64,000 bases of DNA from Candidatus Latescibacterota bacterium (GTDB lineage: Bacteria > Latescibacterota > UBA2968): the NCBI GenBank assembly GCA_965208125.1, contig OZ242320.1:1056001-1120000 (forward strand). Direction: 5' to 3'. Each line of letters begins with the position of its first letter. Position 1 is the stretch's first letter. The notes below the pieces were generated by a model. The model saw only the letters and a program-made list of their open reading frames with translations, was not told the DNA's origin and did not search any database. The position numbers were made by a program, and so were the translations under genes. Positions 52,066 to 62,550 of the stretch are shown piece by piece.

Positions 52066-54387
52066 ATGGACACCATAAACAGAAACGAACATCAAGAACG
52101 AGCAACGTCGCAAGTGCTGGAATCTGAAAAAGGCGGTTCTGGGTCCACTCTGAAAATAGGATTGCTGTTAATTATCTCATTTGCAATTGCAATGCCGGGC
52201 GAAGCATCACTTTCCCCCGGTGATGATGACCTCGACGCCCTGCTCGATGGTGTCGCCGAGATCGCGGCCCCTGGTGTGCCGAGTTCCTTCTTCGTCTATG
52301 GCCCTGAGAGCTTTCCGGTGATCGTAGGTGCCCCGCGCAATGCCGCGGATGCCGTGCGCGCCCCGGTCGTCTCGGCAGGCCGTTGGCAGGCAGGCCGCGT
52401 CGTCGCTCTGGGGCACAAAGGCTACTTTAATAGCTCTACACTTGAGAAGGCGGACACCGCACGCCTGATGGCGAACGCGTTCGCCTGGGTCTCGGGGGGC
52501 GGAGCTTCAGCCAGCCCCCGCATTGGCGTCGTCGGTAACGCACAGCTACGCGCCTGGCTGACCAGGACCGGTCACGATGTGGTCGAAGTTGCCCTGACAT
52601 CGGAATCGCTGGGAGCGGTGGATGTCGTGGCCGTGGACATGGGGAATCAGAGCGCGCCAGAACTCGAAGCACTGTCGGCGTTCGTGCGCGCCGGAGGCGG
52701 TCTGGTGACGGCTGCCAACGGTTGGGGCTGGGCGAGTCTGCACCCAAAACTGGATATCATCAATGACTTCGCTGGCAACCGCCTGCTCGCGCCCATCGGC
52801 ATCCAGTGGTTAAACAGCTCCCTCAAACGCACATCGCCAGCGGGCTATGCCGTTGCCGGACCGCCGTCTGAACTGACCCACGCTGTCAAGGCATTCAATG
52901 CGGTCGAGGCGCACATCGCAGGCAGGCGTAAGCTGACCCAGCCGGAGGTTGACCAAACTCTATACACCCTGGCAAGAACCATCCGCGCTCTGCCTCCGAA
53001 CGACGTGCTGTTCGCGCCGGACCTGCAGGGGTTTTTTTCGAACTACGAAGGGACCCGCTGGCCCTCGGCGAAGCACCCGGTGGACGAATCTGATGTAGTC
53101 GCCCGCCTGGTCGCTACGCTCTTCGTGTCTGAGCATCACCGCACCCCACCCCAATCCGTGCGTGCTCATCCTGCGGCCACAGATTTTCCCGGTTCCGTCC
53201 CAACCGACGCCCCACGCCTGACACGTAGCCTTATCATCGACACCACCGTGCCTCGCTGGCACTCAACCGGCCTCTACGCCGCGCCGGGCGATCTGGTCAC
53301 GGTAACGGTACCGACCCGCGTCGCCAACAGCGGCTTCTTCGTGCGCATTGGCGCCCACAGCGACCAAATTTGGAGACGGCCAACATGGAAGCGCATGCCC
53401 CAAATCAGCTACCGTTTCCCCATCTCCGCTTCCAGGACCCGCGTCGCCAATGCCTTCGGGGGCCTGATCTACATCGAAGTTCCAAAAAAGAACCCCGGTT
53501 TCGGGCGCATCACCGTCGAGATCGAGGGCGCAGTGGCGGCACCGCTCTTCGTGCTTGGTGAGACAGACCCGGCCATCTGGCGTGCGGAGATCCGCCATGC
53601 ACCGGCTCCCTGGGCAGAGATCGCCGGGCGGAACATGATCGTCACCACCCGCTCTTCCGAGGTGCGCGGACTCGACGACCCGACCGCCGTGGCTGAGACC
53701 TGGGATCGCGTGCTGGACCTGGCCGCAGATCTGGCCGCCTGGCCGCCCAATGCACGCTCGAGCCCGGAGCGATTTGTCGTGGACCGCCAGATTTCGGCGG
53801 GTTCCATGCATTCCGGCTATCCCCTGATGGCCCACCTGAACCATCAGTCCAACCTGGTGGATGCCGAACACATTCGCTCGGAGGGCAACTGGGGCTTCTT
53901 CCACGAGGTGGGCCACAACCACCAGCACAAAGACTGGACATTCGCCGGCACGACCGAGGTGACCGTCAACCTGTTCACGCTCTACATCTATGAGTTTCTA
54001 TGCGAGATCCCGATGGTTGACGGAGAGTTTCCCGGTAGAAGAAAAAGACCATGGGCCGCTCTAATGGCATCCTACAACTTTGATAATCCGACCTTCGAAC
54101 GCTGGAAGGAAAAAGCATTCCTTGCCCTGATCATGTACGCGCAGATGCAGCAGGCGTTTGGCTGGGACGCCTATCGGAAGGTGTTCGCCACATACCGCGT
54201 CCTGCCCAACGACGAGCGCCCGAAGAGCGACGACGAGAAGCGCGACCAGTGGCTGGTGCGCTTCTCGCGCACGGTGGGTCGCAACCTCGGCCCGTTCTTC
54301 GAGGCCTGGGGAATACCGACGTCGAAGGCCGCACGGGACTCGATCGCCGACCTGCCAGTGTGGATGCCTCCCAACTTCCCGCCCTAG
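52066..54387 (+). CDS. M60-like (enhancin/TCAF-type) zinc metallopeptidase
   Basis: WHSTGLYAAPG, FGGLIYI, MHSGYP, WGFFHEVGHNHQ...TEVTVN. The track start at 51973 lies inside the IS end, so ATG 52066 (GAGG RBS) is preferred. Confidence 0.88.
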   Translation: MDTINRNEHQERATSQVLESEKGGSGSTLKIGLLLIISFAIAMPGEASLSPGDDDLDALLDGVAEIAAPGVPSSFFVYGPESFPVIVGAPRNAADAVRAPVVSAGRWQAGRVVALGHKGYFNSSTLEKADTARLMANAFAWVSGGGASASPRIGVVGNAQLRAWLTRTGHDVVEVALTSESLGAVDVVAVDMGNQSAPELEALSAFVRAGGGLVTAANGWGWASLHPKLDIINDFAGNRLLAPIGIQWLNSSLKRTSPAGYAVAGPPSELTHAVKAFNAVEAHIAGRRKLTQPEVDQTLYTLARTIRALPPNDVLFAPDLQGFFSNYEGTRWPSAKHPVDESDVVARLVATLFVSEHHRTPPQSVRAHPAATDFPGSVPTDAPRLTRSLIIDTTVPRWHSTGLYAAPGDLVTVTVPTRVANSGFFVRIGAHSDQIWRRPTWKRMPQISYRFPISASRTRVANAFGGLIYIEVPKKNPGFGRITVEIEGAVAAPLFVLGETDPAIWRAEIRHAPAPWAEIAGRNMIVTTRSSEVRGLDDPTAVAETWDRVLDLAADLAAWPPNARSSPERFVVDRQISAGSMHSGYPLMAHLNHQSNLVDAEHIRSEGNWGFFHEVGHNHQHKDWTFAGTTEVTVNLFTLYIYEFLCEIPMVDGEFPGRRKRPWAALMASYNFDNPTFERWKEKAFLALIMYAQMQQAFGWDAYRKVFATYRVLPNDERPKSDDEKRDQWLVRFSRTVGRNLGPFFEAWGIPTSKAARDSIADLPVWMPPNFPP

Positions 54388-54497
54388 CTTCGGTTTTCAA
54401 TCTATCCCTGGAACAGGCGGCAGCGGAATAAGCGGTGAAAAAGCAACGCGAGAAGTCGTATTCTTTTACGGCGGATCGGGATGACAAAGGAGACTCC

Positions 54498-55325
54498 ATG
54501 CCCATAACCGACGCCCTTCCCGACATGAAACGGGAACTCAAATTTTACCCAGCAAAAAATAACGCGCCCAAAAAACTGACGCGCGAGCAAATCCAGCAAT
54601 TCAACGAAAAGGGATACATCTTCCCGCTCAATGTCTTCAGCAAAAAAGAAGCCGAAGCCAATCGCGCGTACTTCGACAAACTCATGGGCAAAGCACAGGC
54701 AGCGGGCAAAAACAACTACTCAATCAACGGATGGCACCGCAGTTGCAAAGGCATCTACGACCTGCTCGTCGATAACCGCATCCTCGACTACGTCGAAGAC
54801 CTGCTCGGACCCAACCTCGTCTCACGCATGACCCACTACTTCAGCAAAATGCCCGGAGACGGCAAAAAAGTCGCCTTTCACCAGGACGCATCCTACTGGC
54901 CCCTCACACCCTCCAAAACCGTAACCGTCTGGCTCGCCATTGACGATGTTGACCTGGCAAACGCCCCCATGGAAGTCATACCCGGCTCGCACCTCCACGG
55001 ACAAATACCCTTTGAACGCAGCACACCAGAAGAAAATAACGTCCTCGGACAATCTGTTCACCACGCCGAAAAATTTGGCGCCCCCGTACCTCTGATCATG
55101 AAAGCCGGGCAAATCTCCATCCACTCCGACTTATTGCTACACGGCTCCAGACCCAACACCTCAAAACGGCGTCGCTGCGGCCTGACCCTGCGCTACATGC
55201 CCCCCGAAGTCCGCACCCGAGAAACCGACCATTCACCCGCGGTCTTATGCCGCGGCACGGATCCTTCGGGATACTGGCAACACGTCTCCCGTCCCGACGG
55301 CGATGATATCCCAAAAAGAAAGTAA
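54498..55325 (+). CDS. Phytanoyl-CoA dioxygenase (PhyH) family Fe/2-oxoglutarate dioxygenase
   Basis: FHQDASYW, WLAIDD, IPGSH, HGS.PN.S.RRR. ATG 54498 with AAGGAG RBS. Confidence 0.92.
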   Translation: MPITDALPDMKRELKFYPAKNNAPKKLTREQIQQFNEKGYIFPLNVFSKKEAEANRAYFDKLMGKAQAAGKNNYSINGWHRSCKGIYDLLVDNRILDYVEDLLGPNLVSRMTHYFSKMPGDGKKVAFHQDASYWPLTPSKTVTVWLAIDDVDLANAPMEVIPGSHLHGQIPFERSTPEENNVLGQSVHHAEKFGAPVPLIMKAGQISIHSDLLLHGSRPNTSKRRRCGLTLRYMPPEVRTRETDHSPAVLCRGTDPSGYWQHVSRPDGDDIPKRK

Positions 55326-55341
55326 AACACCTTTATTCCCC

Positions 55342-56724
55342 TCATATCACAGTCTGTTTCCATCTACCCTTTAGATAGGATGCCCAGACCAGAACGCCCT
55401 GAATGATGCCGCCAATCAGCCAGGCAATCCAGATGCCGAGGGTATCCATCCCAAACAAAAAAGCCAGAATATAGGACAGCGGCAGCATAACCACCCATTG
55501 CGCCAAAATCGTGTAATAGAGCGGAGGCTTAGTCTCACCGCCACCTGCCAGGACGCCTGCGGACACGATGGACAAAGCGGAGAAAACCTGTGCAATCGTA
55601 AAAAACCAGAGCATAATATAGCCCATATCAATGACAGCCACCGAATCGGTGAACAAATCGACGATTTCCCGGGCGAAGACACAAATGATAATGGCGCAAA
55701 CAACGACAAACACCATGCAGAGCCGGATCGCACTTGCCCCAAAGCGTTCCGCTTGCGGTATTTGCTTTGCGCCCAATCGCTGGCCGACCAGAGCAGTTGC
55801 CGCTACGCCAAAAGCCAGTGCCGGCATAATGCCGATCATCCGCATCTGCAGCCCGATCGTCAGCGCGGCAACAGCAGTCGTGGGATGCGAGGTCCAACTC
55901 GCCACCCGATAAAACAGGATGCGAGCGCCATTGCGGAAAAATCCCTGAATTCCCGCCGGCACCCCGATTCGCATCATCCGCCCGATAATATCCCGGTTAA
56001 GAGACAGACCCCAGGTCCAGTGCATATGCACACGCGAGTGTCCGGAAGTAAGCAGATAGAAACCCACAACACAACCGACAGCCCGCGAAACGAGCGTACC
56101 AACTGCAGCACCACAAACCCCCATCTGCGGTAGCCCCCAGGCGCCAAAGATCAAGCCATAGGTAAGAGGAAGCTTCAAAATTATAATAAGACACGAAATC
56201 TTCAACGGCGTTCGGGTATCGCCAGCGCCACCAAAAATCGCACTGATGAGATAATTGAGCATCATAAAAATGACGCCGGCAAAATAGATGCGCAGGAAAG
56301 GCACGGCATGGCCGAGCACCTCGGGCTGTGCACCCAACAAAATCAACGTCGGACGGGCGATCAAGCCCCCGATCAAGGCCATCACAACGGCCAGCAGTGC
56401 CCCCATCAGAATCGCCTGTTGCGCCGTATGGCTGAGGTCCTCGTGGCGCTCAGCCCCGTAAAATTGGGCGACCAGAGTACGCGACCCGGTGCTGATCGCC
56501 ATCGCCATCACCATCGTCAGAAACAGAATTTGCCGACTGAGTCCCACCGCTGAAATCGCAGCCGGACCCAGTTGCCCGACCATGGAGATATCGATGAGAC
56601 CCTCCATTGCATCGAGCATCGAAGCAGCCACTACGGGCCAGGCAATAGCCCAGACCTGAGGCAGAACAGGCGTCTGATCTATGGGAGTTGCAGGCGTGCG
56701 GGAAGCCGATCCGGATTGGGACAT
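55342..56724 (-). CDS. MATE family efflux transporter
   Basis: D..MVGQLG.AA.SAVG, GAGDTRTP, GV.GAA.GT, about 12 TM helices. Confidence 0.92.
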   Translation of the reverse strand: MSQSGSASRTPATPIDQTPVLPQVWAIAWPVVAASMLDAMEGLIDISMVGQLGPAAISAVGLSRQILFLTMVMAMAISTGSRTLVAQFYGAERHEDLSHTAQQAILMGALLAVVMALIGGLIARPTLILLGAQPEVLGHAVPFLRIYFAGVIFMMLNYLISAIFGGAGDTRTPLKISCLIIILKLPLTYGLIFGAWGLPQMGVCGAAVGTLVSRAVGCVVGFYLLTSGHSRVHMHWTWGLSLNRDIIGRMMRIGVPAGIQGFFRNGARILFYRVASWTSHPTTAVAALTIGLQMRMIGIMPALAFGVAATALVGQRLGAKQIPQAERFGASAIRLCMVFVVVCAIIICVFAREIVDLFTDSVAVIDMGYIMLWFFTIAQVFSALSIVSAGVLAGGGETKPPLYYTILAQWVVMLPLSYILAFLFGMDTLGIWIAWLIGGIIQGVLVWASYLKGRWKQTVI

Positions 56725-56732
56725 AGATGTGC

Positions 56733-58451
56733 TCAGTCGGCAGTCAGGTGGGAAATAGTGGGGAGCACGAGCCGCGAAGGATAGTCTGCCGAGTGATGTA
56801 CGGCATTCGTCGCCCTCACCAGCTCGGTATCTGCCAGATCGTTCCTTCCCGTATTGTGATTGCGGTCGTGGTTGGGGAAATCGCTGGATGTGATCTCCAG
56901 GCGGATGCGATGGCCCGGTTCAAAACGGCAGGCCGTTGGACCGAGTTGGATGCGCAACGCCACCACCTCTCCCAATCCCAACAGTTCTTCACTCTCGAGA
57001 CCATTGCGATGACGCGCGCGCACCATGCCGTAGCACATCTCCAGCGCGGGAGCCTGGTCCCCATCTGCAGGCGGGTACTCATCAATTAGGCGCGCAAAAA
57101 AATCCGTATCTGGCGCTGACGAACTGACAAAAAGGACAGCTTCTGGATAGCCGGCAATCTCCACGGCTTCAGCCAGGGGCGCGGAGCGGTAGCAGAGGAT
57201 ATCATCGCGATCCTCCAACACGCGCCGGTCCGACGGACCTGTAAACAACTGCTTCGTCCACAAGGTTGGCACCGGGTCGTGAGGATCATAGTCAAAGCGA
57301 TCAACACCGTCATTTCCACCGTCGGCAGAGAGCCGCCCGGAGCCGTCAAATCCGGCATTGCCGTCGCTGCTCAACAAATACGCGCGCGGTGTCGTATTCG
57401 GCGGCGGCCAGGTATCGGCCTCGCGCCAATATCCCCCCTTACCCGCCATCGCGAAATAGCGCACTGCTGGCTCGCGATCAATGCCATTGTCAATTTCCTT
57501 GAGCCAATAGTCGAACCAGCGGATGATCATGCCCGGCAAATCGACCTCGGCCTGCGGACCAAAGTCGAACCCCGCCACCTGCTGGCGACCGAGACTCGGA
57601 TGATTCCACGGACCCGCGACTAACTTTGTCTGCGACCGCGCACACTCGGTGCGGCCATTGTGCTGCATCAGTTGCAGATGCCGCATCGAGCCATTGCAGT
57701 GGTCGTACCAGCCGCTGAAATCGAGATTTGGCACCGCGACTTCCCCGTGTACTTCGTCGAACCGCCATGCCCGCCGGTTTGGATGCGCCAGCCAGTCTCT
57801 CGCGTACTCCGCCAGCCCCGGCGGCAAGTGGCGAGGGAAATCGAGCCACGGAAGGTAGTCAAGCCATTGTTTTTCGACATCCTCGTTCCATTCCTGCAGC
57901 GCCTCCGCTGGCGTATGCGGCGGCGGCAATCCCTGGCGTCGCCGAAGATCCGGAGCCATAGAAGTGAGCCACCACTTGATGCGCCGTCCCGGCCGGAACC
58001 CGCCCGGCCAATCCACCTCTGTCAATTCCAGTGGAATCGTGTACGCGCACATCGCCACCAGATGCGGCGGGCGCAATTTGGCCAACTGCCACTGCATCCA
58101 GGCATTATAAGAAGCTCCCAGAGTACCGATCCTACCATTGCACCACGGCTGCGCCGCCAGCCACTCCACAGAGTCGTAACCATCTTCGGCATCCCCCGTA
58201 TGCGCCTCGGTAAACGGCACCCAGTTACCCTCAGAGCCGTAGCGCCCGCGCGAATCCATACTCACCACGGCGTAACCCGCGCGCACATAGCGCTCAAAAC
58301 CGGACTTCGGACGGCCGTATGGCGTACGCAGCAAAATTCCAGGGAAGCGCCCCTCCACATCGGGACGAAACACATGCGCCGCCATCCGCACCCCATCGCG
58401 CATCGACACCCGCACATCGGGTTCAGTAAGAATCTCCATAGCATTATTCAT
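56733..58451 (-). CDS. CocE/NonD family hydrolase (peptidase S15)
   Basis: MRDGVR...RTPY, D.RGRYGSEG, GASY nucleophile, GWYD, GPW.H, GHRIRLEI.SSDFP. Confidence 0.92.
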   Translation of the reverse strand: MNNAMEILTEPDVRVSMRDGVRMAAHVFRPDVEGRFPGILLRTPYGRPKSGFERYVRAGYAVVSMDSRGRYGSEGNWVPFTEAHTGDAEDGYDSVEWLAAQPWCNGRIGTLGASYNAWMQWQLAKLRPPHLVAMCAYTIPLELTEVDWPGGFRPGRRIKWWLTSMAPDLRRRQGLPPPHTPAEALQEWNEDVEKQWLDYLPWLDFPRHLPPGLAEYARDWLAHPNRRAWRFDEVHGEVAVPNLDFSGWYDHCNGSMRHLQLMQHNGRTECARSQTKLVAGPWNHPSLGRQQVAGFDFGPQAEVDLPGMIIRWFDYWLKEIDNGIDREPAVRYFAMAGKGGYWREADTWPPPNTTPRAYLLSSDGNAGFDGSGRLSADGGNDGVDRFDYDPHDPVPTLWTKQLFTGPSDRRVLEDRDDILCYRSAPLAEAVEIAGYPEAVLFVSSSAPDTDFFARLIDEYPPADGDQAPALEMCYGMVRARHRNGLESEELLGLGEVVALRIQLGPTACRFEPGHRIRLEITSSDFPNHDRNHNTGRNDLADTELVRATNAVHHSADYPSRLVLPTISHLTAD

Positions 58452-59335
58452 CGCACAGGCTCCGTATCAATAGTACCCATCGGCACCTCCAGCAGATCCT
58501 CTCCGAGGATCACCTGACCGTCGAAAACCTCCCCCACCTCGTGCAGCACCCGTTCCCGCACGCCGGGCGTTTCCAACTGCTCCGTCAAATGAACGAGAAC
58601 CAGCGTCTCGACGCCGGCATCCCGCGCCGTAGTCGCCGCATCGAGATGGCCAGAGCAGCAACTCGTCAGGCGTTCGTCATCGACCGCGCCATTGATGAAG
58701 TGACACATATGCAGCAGCACATTCGCACTCCTTGCCAGATCCGTAAGCCGATCCACTGGCGCTGTATCGCCGCCAAATACGATGGCACCATCAGGTGTAG
58801 TCAAACGATATGCCAGACAGGTAAGTTGGGGCTGCACGTGTACCACCTCTGCCACATCGACCTGCCAGTTACCGGTCTCGATCCTATCTCCAGATCCGAC
58901 CTCGCGCACCTGTGGATTAGGCCTCTCCCGCGGCATAGTACCGCCGCGCGCCTCATACACGAAATGGCTACCCGGATGCAAGGTGCGGGCAGCCAGATCC
59001 GGGCCAAAGGCGCCATCGGCAGAAAACAACCGGTGCGCCATATGTGCTGTTGGCGCCGGGCCGTACACCTGCAATTCAGGTATCTGGCCCACGCTCTGAT
59101 CCCAGCGCGTCAGCACCAGATAGGCAAAATCGATACAGTGGTCGTAGTGCAGATGGGTGAGGAACAAATGATCAATCGAAGGCAGTGCAAGACCCGCTTC
59201 GAGCATGCGCCGCACCGACGCCGGACCGCAATCGAAAATCAGGGTCTCGTCACCTGTCTGGACGAGATAGCTGGAGCCGCCGCGGTGCGCGAGCGGGGCA
59301 GGAGTGCCGGTACAGAGGAGTTGGAGTCGCGTCAT
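58448..59335 (-). CDS. RNase Z-like MBL-fold metallohydrolase
   Basis: GT.AP, DCGP, THLHYDH, GDT, LVLVH. Confidence 0.85.
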   Translation of the reverse strand: MTRLQLLCTGTPAPLAHRGGSSYLVQTGDETLIFDCGPASVRRMLEAGLALPSIDHLFLTHLHYDHCIDFAYLVLTRWDQSVGQIPELQVYGPAPTAHMAHRLFSADGAFGPDLAARTLHPGSHFVYEARGGTMPRERPNPQVREVGSGDRIETGNWQVDVAEVVHVQPQLTCLAYRLTTPDGAIVFGGDTAPVDRLTDLARSANVLLHMCHFINGAVDDERLTSCCSGHLDAATTARDAGVETLVLVHLTEQLETPGVRERVLHEVGEVFDGQVILGEDLLEVPMGTIDTEPVR

Positions 59336-59410
59336 CACTTTTATCCTGTCTTGTAGTTTATACGCGCAGACAATATCCGACAAACCTCACCAAAGCGCAA
59401 TGCCAACTCT

Positions 59411-60439
59411 TCATCCTCTGAGCAACCTTCCCAGAACCCTCTGAGCCACGGTCATATTGAACTGATGCCCCCCGTCGAACCGATCCACAAACAGATCCTC
59501 TATAGCGCCTGCAGCCCGGTACGCCTTCCGAATTCGCGCCAGACCGCGCGCTGCCCAATCGTGGGGAATAAGCCGATCCTGTGTCCCAATCTCAATAACC
59601 ATAGGCCGGGGCGCAATCAGTGAAAAAATCTCCGGCGTATCGCCATAGCGGAGCAGACCGGGAATCAACTGCGCGCCGCACTGACTCAGAGCCTGATAGC
59701 GCTCCTGATACAAATTCATACACCCGGACGGAACCGCGATCTTAATCCGGGAATCAAAAGCCGAAATCATCATCGTCATCCGCCCCCCCAGCGACAGCCC
59801 CGCGCACCCCAACCGATCTCCATCGACAAAATCGAGCCCCTGTAAAACATCCAGAGCAGCCTCCAGATCGCAGAGATGGAGCGCCACCACAGTAGTACCC
59901 AGCAAAGTAGCGCACATATAATTCCGGGGACAAAAATCAGTCCGGGGACCTGGATAGCCGGGCCTGCGCTCCCCAAACCCCCGAAGATCCGGAGCGAGAA
60001 CCACATAGCCCCGTTCTGCAAACCCGTGCCCGAAATCGTAACTACATTTATCGATCTCAGCCTGCCGCTCGGGCGTATCATTAAGCCCCACCACACTATC
60101 CTTCCCAAAATGCCCGTGCCCGTGGATACACAGAAGCCCCGGCGCTTTATCTCCCTGCGCCAGACCCTTTGGCACCAGAAGATAAGCCGGCACAAAAACC
60201 CCCGACTCTGTCTGATAGGAAATCCGCCTGCGCACGTACAGACCGCAATCGATCTCCTCCTCAAACTCAAGACAAAGCGCAGCCCGTTCGGGCCGCGGGC
60301 CGATCATCCCGGTCAGCACATCTCGAAACTCCTCCTGCCAGGCGCAAAAATCCTCCGGCGTATTCCCCTCAAACAAGAGAGACGGCTGCGCCTGATCGAT
60401 CAAACGAGAAAGATCGTCTTCAAAGGATATAGGTCGCAT
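59411..60439 (-). CDS. Alpha/beta hydrolase (dienelactone hydrolase / esterase-like)
   Basis: CIHGHG, PDLRGFGER, GLSLGG, LIAPRP, GGH. ATG 60439 with AGGAG RBS. Confidence 0.88.
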   Translation of the reverse strand: MRPISFEDDLSRLIDQAQPSLLFEGNTPEDFCAWQEEFRDVLTGMIGPRPERAALCLEFEEEIDCGLYVRRRISYQTESGVFVPAYLLVPKGLAQGDKAPGLLCIHGHGHFGKDSVVGLNDTPERQAEIDKCSYDFGHGFAERGYVVLAPDLRGFGERRPGYPGPRTDFCPRNYMCATLLGTTVVALHLCDLEAALDVLQGLDFVDGDRLGCAGLSLGGRMTMMISAFDSRIKIAVPSGCMNLYQERYQALSQCGAQLIPGLLRYGDTPEIFSLIAPRPMVIEIGTQDRLIPHDWAARGLARIRKAYRAAGAIEDLFVDRFDGGHQFNMTVAQRVLGRLLRG

Positions 60440-60548
60440 AGAATGCTCCTTAACACATAGGATAAAATCGCCGCAGGGGGGAGGTCCAATGGAAGAATCC
60501 AGGGACAAGATAGTGTGTCATATCTGCAAAAACAAGAGAGGATTTCCG

Positions 60549-60577
60549 TTGACATCCTATTGTCACACCCCTACTTT
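60549..60577 (+). promoter_or_regulatory. Sigma70-type promoter
   Basis: TTGACA (60549-60554), 17 bp, TACTTT (60572-60577). Confidence 0.6.
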
Positions 60578-60617
60578 GCGGACACGCTAACATTTGGAAA
60601 TTTAAAAGGAAAAAACA

Positions 60618-61436
60618 GTGATCCTGGGACTGGCATCGCCAACCTACAGCGGCACTCTCCCCGAGCAGGCGCCGCTATTGTGGTTGCTGGACCGCTGCGC
60701 GGAATACGACCTGAAGGCCATGGAGGCGCCGCTGCCCCTGTCGGGCACAGACCATCCGAAGGAAGTCAAAGAGAAAGCGGCCGATCTGGGAGTGACGTGG
60801 GTGGGCTACTGGAGCGAAGATTTCGTAACACCGGACGGGGGTGGAATCCGGTTGCGAGAGCGGGCGGAGCGGGCGTTTGACCAGGCCAGTATCGGCGGGG
60901 TGAAAACGATCGTGATCTTCGGGAGAGGGAGCCTTCACAACCGGTTTACGCGACAGCCCCCGCTGGCCGACCAGTTAAGCCTGGCGGCCGATCACCTGAG
61001 ACCAGTGGCAGAAGCGGCGTCGGAAAGAGACATCCAACTCGCCTTGCTGCCCCACCTGGACTATCGGAGCCACGAAATGGTATCGGTAATAGAGAAGGTG
61101 TGCCACCCGAACCTGATGATGGCGTTCGATACCGCCAATCCCTTTCCGGTCTGCGAAGAACCAGTAGCTGCCGCGAAGGTGGTGTTGTCCCACGCGGTGG
61201 CGGTGGCATTCAAAGACGTACAGATCTATCCCCATCGCTCGAACGACGTGACAATCTGGGGAACACCGATCGGGCGAGGCTCGGTCGATTTTGAGACACT
61301 TCTGCCGATGCTATCCGAACGGCTTCCCGATCCGGAAAAGACCACTGCCTGCATCAAACTTCGGCTGCCGCCCGGCAGCGCCGAACACACCGACTGGATG
61401 GACCAGAGCCTGACCTTTCTGCGGTCGCACCTCTAA
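60618..61436 (+). CDS. Sugar-phosphate isomerase/epimerase-like TIM-barrel protein
   Basis: FDTAN....EEP, FKD, PIGRG.VDF motifs. Confidence 0.75.
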   Translation: MILGLASPTYSGTLPEQAPLLWLLDRCAEYDLKAMEAPLPLSGTDHPKEVKEKAADLGVTWVGYWSEDFVTPDGGGIRLRERAERAFDQASIGGVKTIVIFGRGSLHNRFTRQPPLADQLSLAADHLRPVAEAASERDIQLALLPHLDYRSHEMVSVIEKVCHPNLMMAFDTANPFPVCEEPVAAAKVVLSHAVAVAFKDVQIYPHRSNDVTIWGTPIGRGSVDFETLLPMLSERLPDPEKTTACIKLRLPPGSAEHTDWMDQSLTFLRSHL

Positions 61437-61456
61437 CCGCCTGGGCAGTGAACCCC

Positions 61457-62353
61457 TTAATCGCCTGCTCCCCGAATAGGATGAATCTCTCGAAACTTCT
61501 GGAACTCCCAAAAAGCGTGGTCTGCCGCGTACCCGTTTGGAACTTCCTCTGTCTTCTCCAGCCGCTTGTACGCCACACGCACATGGAGCACCTGCGGTTC
61601 ATCCACGGGAAGCGCGTTCACCTGCCAGTTAAAATCCCACGCGGGGCTACTCTGCCCCGGAACAATTGACCCGCCAGCACCCGAAGGAGAAAGATAGAAC
61701 CGAAACCCCGGATAATCATCCGCCATAATCAAAAACATCATGCTCCGGATAATACCAAAATAAAAGGGATAATCGAAAGTATGTCCCGAATCCGAATGGC
61801 TGAAATTCCGCTTCCCATCTAAGAATGCCGCAGCTGCATCCCGTCCCCAGGGTTCGCGTTCATCCACCGGCAGATCAGTCGGAAAAATCATCGCTCCCTG
61901 CCCGTGAATCGGATTGTAATAATAGGTCCACAGCCCCTTCTCGATAAAGTGAATGCCACCATCCAGCGGAGAGTTGACATAGCAACACCAGCCAAAGGAA
62001 TAGTCTTCCTGTGGCCTGTGCCCCTCTCGAGCCGTAGCAGTCATCTCATAGTCGATATAGTGTGGCGGGACCAGTCGATAGACCCCCCGCGTCTCCACGA
62101 AATTATTGGCCTCTGACGCCTCCTTAAACAACTCCACCGCAGTCTCATCTACCCGCCGCACCGCGGGCCGTCTTCCCCGGTGGTGGCCGAAAAGCAGCAC
62201 CCCATTTCCCTGAGACACAGCAGTATGACCGTCTTTGACCGAAGTCAAAAACCAGACCCCGCTGTGTTGATCCTGTCCAGCGCCGTGATCGGTATCGTCT
62301 CCAATAATCGCGCGCAATTCGCCAGCAGAGATAAAATAACATGGCTCAGACAT
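61457..62353 (-). CDS. Hypothetical beta-rich protein
   Basis: ATG 62353 with AAGGAG RBS, aromatic-rich, ends in SPAWDF-containing segment. No family recognised. Confidence 0.6.
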   Translation of the reverse strand: MSEPCYFISAGELRAIIGDDTDHGAGQDQHSGVWFLTSVKDGHTAVSQGNGVLLFGHHRGRRPAVRRVDETAVELFKEASEANNFVETRGVYRLVPPHYIDYEMTATAREGHRPQEDYSFGWCCYVNSPLDGGIHFIEKGLWTYYYNPIHGQGAMIFPTDLPVDEREPWGRDAAAAFLDGKRNFSHSDSGHTFDYPFYFGIIRSMMFLIMADDYPGFRFYLSPSGAGGSIVPGQSSPAWDFNWQVNALPVDEPQVLHVRVAYKRLEKTEEVPNGYAADHAFWEFQKFREIHPIRGAGD

Positions 62354-62550
62354 TGGTATTTCTCCTTTTGAAATAACAAACCGCGAACTACTGATAAGGT
62401 ACCCACCAAAACGGATCATGTCCAGTTTTCTGTCATCGGTATATAGCACACAACACCGCGCATTGCCATTGCCGAGCACTATGCAAAATCGGTCTTGATA
62501 AATTCGAGTCTCAATATATCTTCATTGTATCTACCCAGAGGAGGAAAGAT

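Noticed and set aside
58448-59335. Assigning the symbol rnz
   Set aside because: The fold matches, but the catabolic context and divergent motifs fit a small-molecule hydrolase equally well.
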